From contig JAUSHB010000011.1 in the NCBI GenBank assembly GCA_030648955.1, positions 7,366-71,365 on the forward strand: a DNA stretch of 64,000 nt, written 5' to 3'. Below are positions 9,590 through 20,587 of the stretch, piece after piece. Below the pieces are notes generated by a model, which worked only from the letters and a program-made list of their open reading frames with translations, did no database searches and had not been told where the DNA came from. The DNA comes from a bacterium (GTDB lineage: Bacteria; Patescibacteriota; Minisyncoccia; Phycocordibacterales; JAUSHB01). The stretch's first letter is position 1. Each line of letters opens with the position of its first letter. Made by a program: the position numbers and the translations under genes.

Positions 9590-10273
9590 TTAACCAAGAT
9601 CTTTCTTTTTAGACTCGTATTCACTCTTATCAATCTCCCCTTTTGCGTATCGTTCCTTCAAGGTATCAAGCACGCTTTTCTTGAAACAGCTTCCTTCTTT
9701 GCCATGTCCAAAATGTCGCACCAGAAGAACAATGCCAGCGATTATCAAAACCCACCAGAGGATCATGAACACTCCGCCAAACCAGCCCCAATGTCCAAAT
9801 CCAAAGTTCATCATATTGTTTTTTGAATTTTTACCAAAGGGAGACGACCCATCTTGATCCATCCATGCGGTAGACCATCCTCCCATCATAGGCATCATGA
9901 AATTTTCAGATCCTGTAGGAAATGCTGCGCTTGTATCACACCCAGAAAGACGCTTGCCGAGCACAACGTGCATCGCCTCTTCACCTTCTTCGCCCATCAT
10001 CTGTGTTATTCTCTGATTCATTGATACATGCGCATTTCCCGTCATTTGCCCCATAAAATATTCGCCAAGCGCTCCGAGCTGTTCATCTGAAAGCGATGTG
10101 CACACCGTGGTCCCTGCTTGAAGTTTGCCCCAGACTTCCTTCCCTTCTGCTTCTTCTTTTGCAGTATGATCATCAGCACCTGTAGCGCTTTGTTCCGCCA
10201 TCATCCCTTGAGCAGAAGCGGCGCCAAGAGGAATCATAATGAGGAATGCAAACAGTGCAATATATTTTTTCAT
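9590..10273 (-). CDS. Met/His-rich membrane protein with C-terminal SHOCT domain
   Basis: signal peptide, MMMPMMGG, TM, LKERYAKGEIDKSEYE SHOCT motif. Confidence 0.8.
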   Translation of the reverse strand: MKKYIALFAFLIMIPLGAASAQGMMAEQSATGADDHTAKEEAEGKEVWGKLQAGTTVCTSLSDEQLGALGEYFMGQMTGNAHVSMNQRITQMMGEEGEEAMHVVLGKRLSGCDTSAAFPTGSENFMMPMMGGWSTAWMDQDGSSPFGKNSKNNMMNFGFGHWGWFGGVFMILWWVLIIAGIVLLVRHFGHGKEGSCFKKSVLDTLKERYAKGEIDKSEYESKKKDLG

Positions 10274-10357
10274 ATAGTTTTAGCTGTGAGTTATATTAAT
10301 AACATATAGTATCCCACAAAGAATGGCCCGACGCCAGCATTCTTTTTACCGAGGTGG

Positions 10358-10573
10358 CTAAAGGGTACTTTTTCCCCAACGGATCTTATTCCAGACGCGT
10401 TCATGGAAAAAATAGAATACCGTATGCATAATACCAAAGAACGAAATCGCGATAAGTGTTACATCATAGCGATGCGTGATCAGAAATATAATAATTCCGT
10501 CCGACACAAGAATAATTGCACGAAATGTGAGTGCTTTGATGATTGAACGCTTGGTATGTTCAGAAAATGCCAT
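10358..10573 (-). CDS. DUF2061 membrane protein
   Basis: RSIIKALTFR...YFFHERVWNKIRWG. Confidence 0.8.
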   Translation of the reverse strand: MAFSEHTKRSIIKALTFRAIILVSDGIIIFLITHRYDVTLIAISFFGIMHTVFYFFHERVWNKIRWGKSTL

Positions 10574-10818
10574 AACAAAATATTAAGTAAGATTTTTAAA
10601 GTATAACAGTTGCACTGATTTTATTACACACTTACATTATACCTCGCAATAAGCACTGCTCTGGTGATGAAAAGTATTAGTGGATCTTCTCAAGATCTTA
10701 CTATTGATAAGAAAGTAGCGATAGTCGGTTCTGGGAGTTTATCTCTTCCGGCACTGAAATATTATTAGAATATTAGAACTATAATTACCCCTCCATTCCC
10801 TCCAATTTCCCTATCCAA

Positions 10819-11157
10819 CTACATTTCCATTTGTTTCATAGAGCTATGAACTTCCGATGCGCCCATAACCTCTGCCATAGATTCATCTCCCATTATTTCC
10901 AAATCCTTTCCTTTCATAATTATCCCTTCCTCTTTATACTTTGATCCCAATTCTTGCATTATTATACCACTCGATTTCATCATTTCCGCCATCTTTTGAA
11001 TGGTGGCCGCTTGGTCGTTCATCATCACAACCGAGTCTTGCAACTCCTTTGTTTTATCTCCATTATCAGTCGGACTCTTCCCAAATGAATATCCAGCACT
11101 GGCACCAATAATGAGAGCGATTACTATTCCAAGGACCAAATTTGTATTGTTATTCAT
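10819..11157 (-). CDS. Met-rich membrane-anchored hypothetical protein
   Basis: N-terminal TM and many Met; downstream of RND pump. Confidence 0.7.
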   Translation of the reverse strand: MNNNTNLVLGIVIALIIGASAGYSFGKSPTDNGDKTKELQDSVVMMNDQAATIQKMAEMMKSSGIIMQELGSKYKEEGIIMKGKDLEIMGDESMAEVMGASEVHSSMKQMEM

Positions 11158-11193
11158 ATTATTTTTTATTAATTTGATTAATTAGTTATGACA

Positions 11194-14100
11194 TCAGAAT
11201 CCCGATGACACCATTTCCTTTTCTTGTAATACCGTTTTTTTTCCGAAACGATAGAATAATGCAGGCGTTAGGAAAAGCGAAATGATCGTGGAAGAAATCA
11301 GCCCGCCAAATATTACAACCGCTAATGGATTGAGCATCTCCTTACCTGGATCACCACCCGAAATAATAAGTGGGATAAGAGCAAGTGCTGTCACGAGTGA
11401 TGTCATCAGGACTGGGACAACGCGGTCAAGTGTTGCTTTCACAATTGTCTCTGGAATAAATGGTAAACCTTCCTTTTGCACAAGAGACAAACTGCGACCA
11501 ATGAGCATAATGCCATTTCGAGAAACAATTCCGGCAAGCGAAATAAATCCGACGAGATGCGCAAGATTCACCGATCCGCCCGTTAGCCACACGCCAATCA
11601 TTCCACCAATTAAAACTGTTGGAATATTAGTCATTACCAAAAGCACAATCGGTATCGACTTAAACGCATGATAGAGCACACCGAAAATCATCGCTATCCC
11701 CACAATAAATACTAGGGCTAATTGGCGAGAACTTTCTTTTTGACTTTTGTAATTTCCTTCAAAGGAAAGTGTCACCCCTATTGGGAGTTTTTGCGATAGA
11801 AGTGCGGCTTTTGCTCCCCCTACCGCTCCCACCACATCAGTACCTTGGTAATTGGCAGAGACTACCAGCACCCGTTTTCCTCCTTCATGATCCTGACTAT
11901 TGAGGCCGCCCTCAACCCGAATATCCCCGACACTTCCCAATGATTTCGCTCCCACAAAGGGGAGGGCGAGATCACGCAAAGATGCCATCGTTCCTTTTGA
12001 CTCCGCATCATAACGCACGACAACATCGACTGATGCGGCCCCGAGACGAACTTGTCCTAATGTATCCCCCATAAGCCCCATCTCAATATCACGGGCAACC
12101 TCACCAGAAGATAGGCCGTATTCTGCCAGGCGATTTCTATCAACATAAATACGAAATTCCGGGACAACAGTATTTTGTTGAATACGGGGATTTTCAATTC
12201 CTTTTTGTTTTTTAAGCTCGGCGAGAACTTGTTTGGCGGCATTCTCCATTTTTATCGGATCATCGCCAAAAACTTTTACCACGATAGGTGCTCGCACGCC
12301 CGAGAGAAGCATCTCCACACGATGCGTGATTGGCTGTCCCAGACTAAAGTCAGCATCACCGAATCTACCAAGCACTGCCTGAATGTCCACGAAGATTCTC
12401 GTGCGCTCGCCCTCAAATCCAGGCTTGAGCGCGATCTGCACCTCACTTGAGTTAGCACTTCCTCCGTGAGGATCAGCAGATGCTCGTCCGGCAATATTGC
12501 TCACTTGGCGCACTCCTTTTACTTGAAGCAGGGCATTTTCAAGCTTTATCACATATTCATTCGTTGTGGAAAGCGCCGTACCGGGTGGCAAAAAGAGCAT
12601 GACCACCATCGACCCTTCATTAAATGGTGGAATTCCTTCCTTACCGGCAAAGAAATACATTCCGACCGTGAGAAAGAGGGCTATTACCGTGATACTTCCA
12701 ATTATTTTCACATTGGTGATACACCAATAGATCCACGGCGTTATGCGTTCTTTGATTTTTTGTACAATCTTTGTCTCTTTCTCGTGCCCGGCAAGCGATT
12801 TGTCGTTAAGTAGGAGTGCGGAGAGTACAGGTGTCACCGTAAGCGACACTACCATAGACGCAACAATAGAAACAAGATATGCAGCCCCGAGAGCCACGAG
12901 AAGTCGTCCTTCAATACCCGGCATAAAGAATATCGGGATAAACACCACCGCAACAAGAATGGTCGCGTAGACAATTGAATTACGAACCTCTGTTGAAGCG
13001 GACAAGATGACGCCTTCATAATCTTCTTTTTTGTCGGAAGATATCCACAAGCGCAAGCGGCGAAAAACATTTTCAACGCCAACAATCGCATCATCAACGA
13101 GTTCACCCACCGCAACTGCGACACCACCCAAAGTCATTACATTTATCGAGAAGCCAAATACCTTAAATACAATCGCGGTAATCAGAATAGATAGGGGAAT
13201 TGCAGCCAATGTAATAATAGTCACTCTTCCGTTCATAAGGAAGATAACGAGAACTAAGATGACCAGTATTGTGCCATCACGAAGAGCTCCTTCAACATTC
13301 TTCAAGCCTGCACGAATAAAATTCTCCTGTCGAAAAAGATTCGGGTGAAGTTCTACTCCGGAAGGAAGGCTTGCGGAAAGTGATCTGAATGTTGTATCTA
13401 TTGCATCGGTAACCGTGAGAGTCTGCGCATCTGGCTGTCTAATGATTCGTAATATAACACCGGACTTGCCATCAATTGCTCCGCTTCCGCGAATAATACT
13501 CGGTCCCTCAATAACCGCCGCAATATCACCAAGACGAACGGGGCTTTCGTCCATCGGATTCTGACCGATAGAAATGTCCCGTAAATCAGCGGCTTCGGTT
13601 GGTGCAATAAGGATACGGATAGAATATTCTTTTCCCCCCTCCGTAAGAAGACCTCCGCTTTTATTTACGAGAGCATTTTCTACATTTTTACGGATGTCAT
13701 CAAGCATTATCCCATAACGGCGCATGCGTTCGGCATTGATATTAATCTGCCACTCGCGAACATCACCACCCATCACCAAAACATTTGCCACACCTTCCGT
13801 TTTAAGTAATGCGGGGCGAATGGTCCAATTTGCAAGAGTCCGAAGTTCCATCGGGGTTATTTTAGAATCAGATGAGCTTATCCCGATCCACATAATCTCC
13901 CCCAATAGAGATGTTGACGGACCGAGAATTGGCTTTACGCCGAAAGGCAATATTGCTTGCGCCAAGCGTTCTTGCACTACCTGTCTATTGCGCAATGTAT
14001 CACTCCCCCAAGCAAATTCCATATTAACTGTTGCTTGTGCAAATGATGCATTACTTCGTATTCTTTCGACACCAGGAGCCCCGGCAATTACTGCTTCAAT

Positions 14101-14304
14101 AGGATTAAGAATGAGTCGTTCGACTTCTTCGGCCGCCATACCTGGACTTTCCGCAAAGATCGTGACTGTTGGCTTGTTGATATCGGGAAGAATATCCACT
14201 TTCATGGTAGCAATACTCCACAACCCTGCGATGGTCGTAATTCCAGCTATGACAAGCACGGTGATTTTATTTCCAAGGGACCAAGAAATGATTTTGTTAA
14301 ACAT
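11194..14304 (-). CDS. heavy-metal efflux RND permease (CusA/CzcA family)
   Basis: DILPDINKPTV, GELVDDAIVGVEN, RVVPVLMTSL; start taken at MFNKIISWSL (14304). Confidence 0.92.
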   Translation of the reverse strand: MFNKIISWSLGNKITVLVIAGITTIAGLWSIATMKVDILPDINKPTVTIFAESPGMAAEEVERLILNPIEAVIAGAPGVERIRSNASFAQATVNMEFAWGSDTLRNRQVVQERLAQAILPFGVKPILGPSTSLLGEIMWIGISSSDSKITPMELRTLANWTIRPALLKTEGVANVLVMGGDVREWQININAERMRRYGIMLDDIRKNVENALVNKSGGLLTEGGKEYSIRILIAPTEAADLRDISIGQNPMDESPVRLGDIAAVIEGPSIIRGSGAIDGKSGVILRIIRQPDAQTLTVTDAIDTTFRSLSASLPSGVELHPNLFRQENFIRAGLKNVEGALRDGTILVILVLVIFLMNGRVTIITLAAIPLSILITAIVFKVFGFSINVMTLGGVAVAVGELVDDAIVGVENVFRRLRLWISSDKKEDYEGVILSASTEVRNSIVYATILVAVVFIPIFFMPGIEGRLLVALGAAYLVSIVASMVVSLTVTPVLSALLLNDKSLAGHEKETKIVQKIKERITPWIYWCITNVKIIGSITVIALFLTVGMYFFAGKEGIPPFNEGSMVVMLFLPPGTALSTTNEYVIKLENALLQVKGVRQVSNIAGRASADPHGGSANSSEVQIALKPGFEGERTRIFVDIQAVLGRFGDADFSLGQPITHRVEMLLSGVRAPIVVKVFGDDPIKMENAAKQVLAELKKQKGIENPRIQQNTVVPEFRIYVDRNRLAEYGLSSGEVARDIEMGLMGDTLGQVRLGAASVDVVVRYDAESKGTMASLRDLALPFVGAKSLGSVGDIRVEGGLNSQDHEGGKRVLVVSANYQGTDVVGAVGGAKAALLSQKLPIGVTLSFEGNYKSQKESSRQLALVFIVGIAMIFGVLYHAFKSIPIVLLVMTNIPTVLIGGMIGVWLTGGSVNLAHLVGFISLAGIVSRNGIMLIGRSLSLVQKEGLPFIPETIVKATLDRVVPVLMTSLVTALALIPLIISGGDPGKEMLNPLAVVIFGGLISSTIISLFLTPALFYRFGKKTVLQEKEMVSSGF

Positions 14305-14314
14305 ATATTTTGGA

Positions 14315-15997
14315 TTACATCCCCGGCATATTTTCATGCCCGCCCGACTTAGCAGGGAACGTTGCGGCGCCATCTTTTGATACGGGATCTTTTATGGTGT
14401 CATCAAGTAGTACGCCCTCGTAAATATCTGCGGTAGGGCTTATGATATAGCGATCACCATTTTTAAGCCCCTCATACACTTCGATTGAGGCGCCGAGCGT
14501 ACGACCAATAATTATCTTTTTTGCAAAGATTCTCCCCCCTTCTGATACGCCCCACACATGTGGTACGCCCTCTTCACTCCACCACACTGATGAAATTTCA
14601 ATAATGGGATCACGTGAGCTTTGTGGAGCAATAACTCGCACCGATGCATTGACTGGCCAATCCACTGGCGTCAAAAATGTCGCGTCAGCCATATATGCAC
14701 CAGTAGTGTCAAGCGACGTGCCGATGCCAAATACTTTAACGTTTTGAATATCCTGCGAAAAACCTGGTCGCACAACAGATAATGTCGAGCCAATTTTTGG
14801 AAGTTTTACATTACTTGGAATACTGAAGCGTACAAACCGCTCGCCGATATTACCAGTATTAAGCGAAGCAACGGGCATACCCGGACCTACGAATTCCCCC
14901 ACCTTTTTAGTGATAGTTGAAATTACGCCCGAGCGCGGAGCAGGAATAAAGAGGCCTCCATTAATACTCCGTTCAACGGTTGCGTAAGAGGCCTCTGCAG
15001 CTTTGACCTCTGCACGTGACATTGCGCGTAATCGTTCATTGTCTGCAATTTTTTCATTAATTTCTCTCCACATAGTTTTATACTCGATCTCTGTTGTCGT
15101 GATCTCCGCGAGCATCGTGAGAAATTTTTCCTGATCTTCACGCATCATTGTTCGAATATCAGTGATCTCGGAGCTCTCCTGTGTCGTGTTCGCGAGACGA
15201 ACCGCCACCGCAAGGTATTCCCGAGCAGAATCAAACGGAAATACATCTGGATTATTCAACTCTTTGGCGAGCCTCATAAAAGCAAGTTCGTATGCATTTT
15301 GATTTGATTGATCAAGTTGTCCATATTGCCTATTGAGACTGCCAAATCGGAACGAGGAAGGAGTTGTGGCATTACTCGCAACACTCCCATGCTTGAACAA
15401 AATCTGGTCAATAAAAACACGAACGTTTTGCTTTTGCGCACTCACGGTATTTTTGATTTGCACCCCGCTTGCCTCCTTTTCAAAAGAACTCGAAAGTGTT
15501 TTGAGTTGCTCTATTGTTTTTTCAGTAAAGATTTCTGTAGTTGTTGCTTGCGCTCGGGCGCGAGCCAAGAGCTCTGCTTTGTCTGCAAGCATAGATATGA
15601 GCTCTGGTGTTGCTGGTGGCGGAGAAAGTTTACCGAGCGTCTGACCTTCGTTTACCCACTGACCGATTTTTACCCTCCATTCAACAATTGTCCCCTCGCG
15701 CTGTGGTTGTATGGGAATATTCCCAAGTGAAACAATCTCCCCGGACCACGAACTTCCTGGCGATTCAGTACCTGTTGCAATTTCAGCGCCTACGGTTGCA
15801 ACACCACGCATCTTGGATGAGTCGTCGGAATCTTCCATACTTAACGCGACCGATGCCTGCATCGCGCGCTGATTAAACACATTCTTGCTGGCAAACGCCG
15901 TACCAAAAACAGTGAGTGCGAGAACCGCGAATACCATTCCTGCCATTTTTTTATCACCCGATAGACGAGTAATAATTTTTTTAATAATATCATTCAT
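14315..15997 (-). CDS. RND membrane fusion (adaptor) protein with long helical hairpin
   Basis: TM anchor, lipoyl half-motifs (GTIVEWRVKIGQWV; IPAPRSGVI), EGLKNGDRYI; upstream of RND. Confidence 0.85.
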   Translation of the reverse strand: MNDIIKKIITRLSGDKKMAGMVFAVLALTVFGTAFASKNVFNQRAMQASVALSMEDSDDSSKMRGVATVGAEIATGTESPGSSWSGEIVSLGNIPIQPQREGTIVEWRVKIGQWVNEGQTLGKLSPPPATPELISMLADKAELLARARAQATTTEIFTEKTIEQLKTLSSSFEKEASGVQIKNTVSAQKQNVRVFIDQILFKHGSVASNATTPSSFRFGSLNRQYGQLDQSNQNAYELAFMRLAKELNNPDVFPFDSAREYLAVAVRLANTTQESSEITDIRTMMREDQEKFLTMLAEITTTEIEYKTMWREINEKIADNERLRAMSRAEVKAAEASYATVERSINGGLFIPAPRSGVISTITKKVGEFVGPGMPVASLNTGNIGERFVRFSIPSNVKLPKIGSTLSVVRPGFSQDIQNVKVFGIGTSLDTTGAYMADATFLTPVDWPVNASVRVIAPQSSRDPIIEISSVWWSEEGVPHVWGVSEGGRIFAKKIIIGRTLGASIEVYEGLKNGDRYIISPTADIYEGVLLDDTIKDPVSKDGAATFPAKSGGHENMPGM

Positions 15998-16105
15998 ATT
16001 TTTTCAGTAGTTAATTAATTTTCTAAAAACAACAAAAAAGCGCGCTTGAGGCGGCTTAAGAAGGCAAAAGAAAAACTGTCGGGTTGTGACCGTTATTCTT
16101 TCGCC

Positions 16106-16495
16106 TTAATTCAGAGATGGACTATTTACCAAAAGAGACAACCAGCGAGTAAGTGCCTGCGGTCGGTACAGTTTCGCGGTAAAATTGCGAGACAAGATAA
16201 ACAGTTGCGGGGTGAGGTGTATTCTTAATATATACGTCAATACAACCAGAAGAAAGACAACCGCCAATACTTGTGTGACAATCGAAGAAACAATACCATT
16301 AGTAAACGCCTGATACATTGAAAGAGAATGCGAGAGCGCAGACAAAGCGCCTGAAGAGCAAACAGAAATAGGGAGCGACGCAATTGGGCAATTACTGCTC
16401 ATTACGCCATCTGCGCTGTGTTTCATTGCAAAAAAACCGAAAATGCCTATTCCGATAATCCCTAGAATTACTATGAGTGCTATACAATATTTCAT
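16106..16495 (-). CDS. two-TM Cys-containing membrane protein heading the RND operon (DUF2946-like)
   Basis: TM-CP..C..H-TM-tail RWLSLLVNSP. Confidence 0.6.
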   Translation of the reverse strand: MKYCIALIVILGIIGIGIFGFFAMKHSADGVMSSNCPIASLPISVCSSGALSALSHSLSMYQAFTNGIVSSIVTQVLAVVFLLVVLTYILRIHLTPQLFILSRNFTAKLYRPQALTRWLSLLVNSPSLN

Positions 16496-16539
16496 ACTAT
16501 TCACGCTATTTATACTATCGTACTCCTTGGTTACCGTAA

Positions 16540-18684
16540 TTACAAGGGCTGTCTTCGTAAGAGTACTGCATTGAAAGCCACAATAACAGTACTCAAAGAC
16601 ATGAACACCGCCGCAATCGCTGGCTCTAAGAGTATACCTTTAAATGCCAAAACACCAGCCGCAAGCGGAATTGCAATCACATTATACCCTGTTGCCCAAA
16701 AAAGATTTTGAATCATTTTTGCGTATGTGATCTTTGAGAGCCGAATGATCTTTGGAATATCACGGGGGTCATTTCTCACAAGAATAATTCCCGCCGATTC
16801 GATTGCCACATTCGTCCCTGCTCCAATGGCAATACCGACATCAGCTTGAGTAAGTGCCGGTGCGTCATTCACGCCGTCACCAACCATGGCCACCTTCAAA
16901 CCACGAGACTGCAAAAGCTTCACCTTCTCCGACTTCTGCTCCGGAAGTACGCGAGCAAAATATTCGTCGATGCCAAGTTCTTCCGCAACCCATTTTGCCA
17001 CGTCTTCCGAATCACCCGTGATCATAGCAGTCTTGATTCCCATCGCGCGAAGACTGTTGATCGCTTCGCGTGACTCCTCGCGTATGACATCAGCAAGCGC
17101 AATCGCGCCGAGCGCTTTGCCATCCCGTATGACAACATTTATTGTTTTACCTTGGCTCTCTAGCACGCGAACTTTTTCTTTGATATTACCCTGAAGCGCC
17201 GCGTTGCGCTCCTCCGAAAGCGACGTACTTCCGATGATTGTTTCCACGCCATTGACTAGGGCTTGAGCACCCTTCCCTGGTATCCTTTCAAAATTCTTCA
17301 CCGACAGAAGCGCGATGTTTTTCTTTTTCGCTTCTTCCACCATCGCCCTTGCAAGCGGATGCTCGGAGAGACTATTCACCGAGGCGGCGTATTGCAGAAT
17401 TTCGGCTTCATTCCCTTCCGTCACGGGGATAAGCGCGTCAATCCCAAACTCCCCGCGAGTAAGTGTTCCTGTTTTGTCAAATAAAACGACATCGATGTTG
17501 CGCGCGGCTTCAAGTGCAAGGCGTTGTTTGACGAGAAATCCATTCCGCGCTGCTTTCGTTGTTGAAATGGATGCAACGAGCGGTATTGCGAGCCCAAGCG
17601 CGTGCGGGCAAGCAATGACAAGCACCGCGACCATACGATTAATGGCAAATGCGACGTCAGAGAGCGCAAGCCACGTTGCAAATGTGATGCCACCAGTAAC
17701 CACCGCGATGATGGTGAGATAATACGCCGCGCGGTCGGAGAGCATCTGGAGCCGTGACTTTGAACTTTGCGCCTCCGCGACAAGGCGCATCACGCCGGCC
17801 AAAAATGTTTCGGCGCCAATCTTCGTCACCGTCACTTGGAGAGAACCGTCGCTAAGCGTCGTGCCAGCGATCACCGCATCGCCTTCTTTTTTTGGCACAG
17901 GTTTTGATTCGCCGGTCGCAATGGATTCGTTCACGTCCGAGACTCCATCTTTCACGACGCCATCCGCAGGAATTCTGCCGCCCGGTTTTACCAGCATCAG
18001 ATCGCCCTTCCTCAATTCCGAGAGTGCGATCGTCTCCACCTTCCCGTCTCGCACAACCTCTGCTTGGTCCGGCAAGAGTTTTGATAGTTCTTGAAGAGCA
18101 CCCCGCGCTCCCGAAACGGCACGCATCTCAAGCCAGTGTCCCAAAAGCATGATGGTGATGAGCGTCGCGAGCTCCCAAAAAAGTGTCTCGCCTTCCCCAA
18201 TGAACACAACGGCGACGCTATACACATACGCCGTAGTAATCGCAAGCGAAATCAAGGTCATCATTCCCGGCAAGTGCGCTTTGAGTTCCCGATATGCGGA
18301 CGCGATAAATATCCATCCGCCATAAAAGAAAATGATTGAGGAGAGAATAAACGGTAGATACTCCGAACCAAAAAACTGCGGAGCTTCCCAATTAAGAAGT
18401 TTCTGCGCGATGTCGGAATAAGCGACAATTGGGATAGACAAAATAAGACTTACCCAGAACTTAACCTTAAAGATACTTGTGGAATGCCCTTCGTGTTTAT
18501 TGTGTCCATCGCCATTAACTGTTTTTATTTTTTGCATTCTTGGCACCAGATTCATCCCACACGCCGAACATATTCCTGGCTTGTCAGAAACAATTTTGGG
18601 ATGCATCGGACAGGCGTAAGAAACCCCGAGAGAATCTCTTGTGCTTGACTCCCGGTTCGTGTGGTCATGTAGTGAGTGGTCCAT
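16540..18684 (-). CDS. copB: copper-translocating P1B-type ATPase (CopB-like, CPH motif)
   Basis: YACPMHP..CSACGM metal-binding domain, His-rich linker, TGES, CPHALG, DKTGT, GDGVND, YN and MSLS motifs. Confidence 0.9.
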   Translation of the reverse strand: MDHSLHDHTNRESSTRDSLGVSYACPMHPKIVSDKPGICSACGMNLVPRMQKIKTVNGDGHNKHEGHSTSIFKVKFWVSLILSIPIVAYSDIAQKLLNWEAPQFFGSEYLPFILSSIIFFYGGWIFIASAYRELKAHLPGMMTLISLAITTAYVYSVAVVFIGEGETLFWELATLITIMLLGHWLEMRAVSGARGALQELSKLLPDQAEVVRDGKVETIALSELRKGDLMLVKPGGRIPADGVVKDGVSDVNESIATGESKPVPKKEGDAVIAGTTLSDGSLQVTVTKIGAETFLAGVMRLVAEAQSSKSRLQMLSDRAAYYLTIIAVVTGGITFATWLALSDVAFAINRMVAVLVIACPHALGLAIPLVASISTTKAARNGFLVKQRLALEAARNIDVVLFDKTGTLTRGEFGIDALIPVTEGNEAEILQYAASVNSLSEHPLARAMVEEAKKKNIALLSVKNFERIPGKGAQALVNGVETIIGSTSLSEERNAALQGNIKEKVRVLESQGKTINVVIRDGKALGAIALADVIREESREAINSLRAMGIKTAMITGDSEDVAKWVAEELGIDEYFARVLPEQKSEKVKLLQSRGLKVAMVGDGVNDAPALTQADVGIAIGAGTNVAIESAGIILVRNDPRDIPKIIRLSKITYAKMIQNLFWATGYNVIAIPLAAGVLAFKGILLEPAIAAVFMSLSTVIVAFNAVLLRRQPL

Positions 18685-18689
18685 GACAA

Positions 18690-18911
18690 TTAAATAATTT
18701 CTCCCTGTTTCTCAAGCATCATGTGGTGAATCGTTCCAATCGCAAGCCAAATTGCAATAAGAATAAGAATTCCAGCGCAGAGCAGTGCATCCACTTTTGT
18801 AATACCAAACACAAGATTATCAGACCCACCTAAAATTGCGCCCGCAAATGTAGTAACTCCAGTTAACCCCACAACAACGCTTATAATATGCATTGCTTTT
18901 GATAGTTTCAT
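18690..18911 (-). CDS. small two-TM protein
   Basis: hydrophobic ORF with C-terminal HHMM; operonic with the ATPase. Confidence 0.7.
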   Translation of the reverse strand: MKLSKAMHIISVVVGLTGVTTFAGAILGGSDNLVFGITKVDALLCAGILILIAIWLAIGTIHHMMLEKQGEII

Positions 18912-18973
18912 ATTTTTGAATTAAATTAATTGTTAACCAACCGTAATGTATAACTTTTTACCTCATGCATGAT

Positions 18974-19432
18974 TTATGATTTTTGCATCTGTTTCATGTG
19001 ACGATTAAACTCGACAATTTTTTGCGCGATATAAGCAATTCCGCCAACATTAAAGATGATACCAACCCAGAAAAGTTCTGTCTGGTATTGGCCAATAATG
19101 CTTACGAATCCAGTGATACCTAGCACGGGAAGAATGTTTGCAAGATAATGCGCGCAACAAGAGATCATGGCTGCAGTCGAAGTTGTTCCGGAGATAGCGA
19201 CGACTGCCTTAGGCCCGTTGCCATGTGCCACCGCTTGCTTGAGGTAACTGTAAAGACCGATCTGAATGCCGAATCCGACTGCCAAACCCAGAATGAAATA
19301 CCAATACGCGTAAAATTGGCTCAAGGTGAATTCCCAGCCGGAAATAAACGTGACCACGAGAAAGAATACGGCAAGCATTGTGATTGCCGCTGCGATTCCC
19401 TTGGTGACTGTTTGGATAATTGTTTTAGACAT
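18974..19432 (-). CDS. membrane protein with SCCAH motif (putative metal binding/transport)
   Basis: 4 TM, STAAMISCCAHYL. Confidence 0.75.
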   Translation of the reverse strand: MSKTIIQTVTKGIAAAITMLAVFFLVVTFISGWEFTLSQFYAYWYFILGLAVGFGIQIGLYSYLKQAVAHGNGPKAVVAISGTTSTAAMISCCAHYLANILPVLGITGFVSIIGQYQTELFWVGIIFNVGGIAYIAQKIVEFNRHMKQMQKS

Positions 19433-19454
19433 AACTTAAGGTGTAATTAATTTA

Positions 19455-19955
19455 CTAATCCGTATTTCCCTTAAACTTTAATGCGTCCTTACCGAGATCG
19501 TAGTCCACTTCGACAAAGATTTTTGCTTCAGGTGCTTTTCCGTGTGCATTTGACTTGATGGTAGCCGTCCTAAAAAATTTTCCATCGTCTTCGTAGTGAA
19601 AATTAGGATCGAATACTATCGTAAGTGTTCCCTCCTCCCCGGGTCGTAATATTTTTTTATCTACCGTTGCGGTGGTACAACTACATGAGGCAAGAACTTC
19701 ATTGATGGTAACATCTTCGCTTCCATTATTGAATACATCAAATGTTTTTGAAACCGTGCCACCACTTTGGCGGATTTTCCCGAAATCATATTCTTCCGGA
19801 GTAAGGGTGAGGTGCGGTCCATGTACGCGTGCGGGAACTGTTTCATTCCCCGCCACAGGTTCTGCTGGGGCAGTTTGATTTTTGGGGAGATTAACAGCGA
19901 GTAGCACCAAAAGCGCCACAATGCCAATTGTTATTACTATATTTTTTTGCGTCAT
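19455..19955 (-). CDS. DUF1573 (Ig-like) domain protein
   Basis: YDFGKI...N.G..DVTI..V.ASCSCT motif. Confidence 0.85.
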   Translation of the reverse strand: MTQKNIVITIGIVALLVLLAVNLPKNQTAPAEPVAGNETVPARVHGPHLTLTPEEYDFGKIRQSGGTVSKTFDVFNNGSEDVTINEVLASCSCTTATVDKKILRPGEEGTLTIVFDPNFHYEDDGKFFRTATIKSNAHGKAPEAKIFVEVDYDLGKDALKFKGNTD

Positions 19956-19978
19956 ATGTTTAAAGGTTAAGATTAAAT

Positions 19979-20497
19979 TTAAGGTGTTACGGTTGCTTCA
20001 AAGGTAAGTTCTAGAGGATCTTTTTGGGCATCTGTTTCGATATAGATGGTCCGTCGAACTCTCCCGACCCCTTGTGGTCCATGTGCAGCAGGGTCAAATA
20101 TCGCTTCAATGCTTGCTTCTTCGTTGGGAGCGATAGTTTGGGAAATGGTTGGAATTGCTTCGTGTCCCGGCATCCCAAATGGTCCCGCCATGCCTTCCTT
20201 TGTGGTAAGAGTCGCGGTTGTACACATGCACGATGTGTATATTTTTTTGACCTGCGCAGGAGATTCCCCGCTATTTATTATTTTGAATATCTGCGAGACC
20301 TTGCCTGCCGACATAGAGATAGTGCCAAGGTCGTAAAACGGCTCGACGGCAACAAGTGCTCCTGCACCATTTGCCGAATCAATAAGAATATTTGGGCTGT
20401 TTTTTGAATTTACAGGTACTGTTCTATTCGCGAAGAGAATGATAAGAACCACTGCGACTGCAAAGATTACAAGCATAACAAGTTGATTTTTTTTCAT
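19979..20497 (-). CDS. DUF1573 domain protein
   Basis: YDLGTI...TSCMCT...FDPAAHGP. Confidence 0.85.
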   Translation of the reverse strand: MKKNQLVMLVIFAVAVVLIILFANRTVPVNSKNSPNILIDSANGAGALVAVEPFYDLGTISMSAGKVSQIFKIINSGESPAQVKKIYTSCMCTTATLTTKEGMAGPFGMPGHEAIPTISQTIAPNEEASIEAIFDPAAHGPQGVGRVRRTIYIETDAQKDPLELTFEATVTP

Positions 20498-20587
20498 AAT
20501 ATTTTTTTAATTAAGTAACGCAATTATATTACGCATATTACGGGCTATCGTGTCGCCCTATTGCATCCACGTCGTTTTCCTGTGTGT

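Noticed and set aside
13724-14380. 218-aa antisense ORF and similar shadows (21101-21664, 27138-27710, 45639-46196)
   Set aside because: They fully overlap well-supported genes on the opposite strand and show no motifs.
9491-20545. Shared TATTACGCATA word upstream of 9472 and 20497 as a copper operator
   Set aside because: Only two AT-rich instances, no clear dyad and no regulator nearby.
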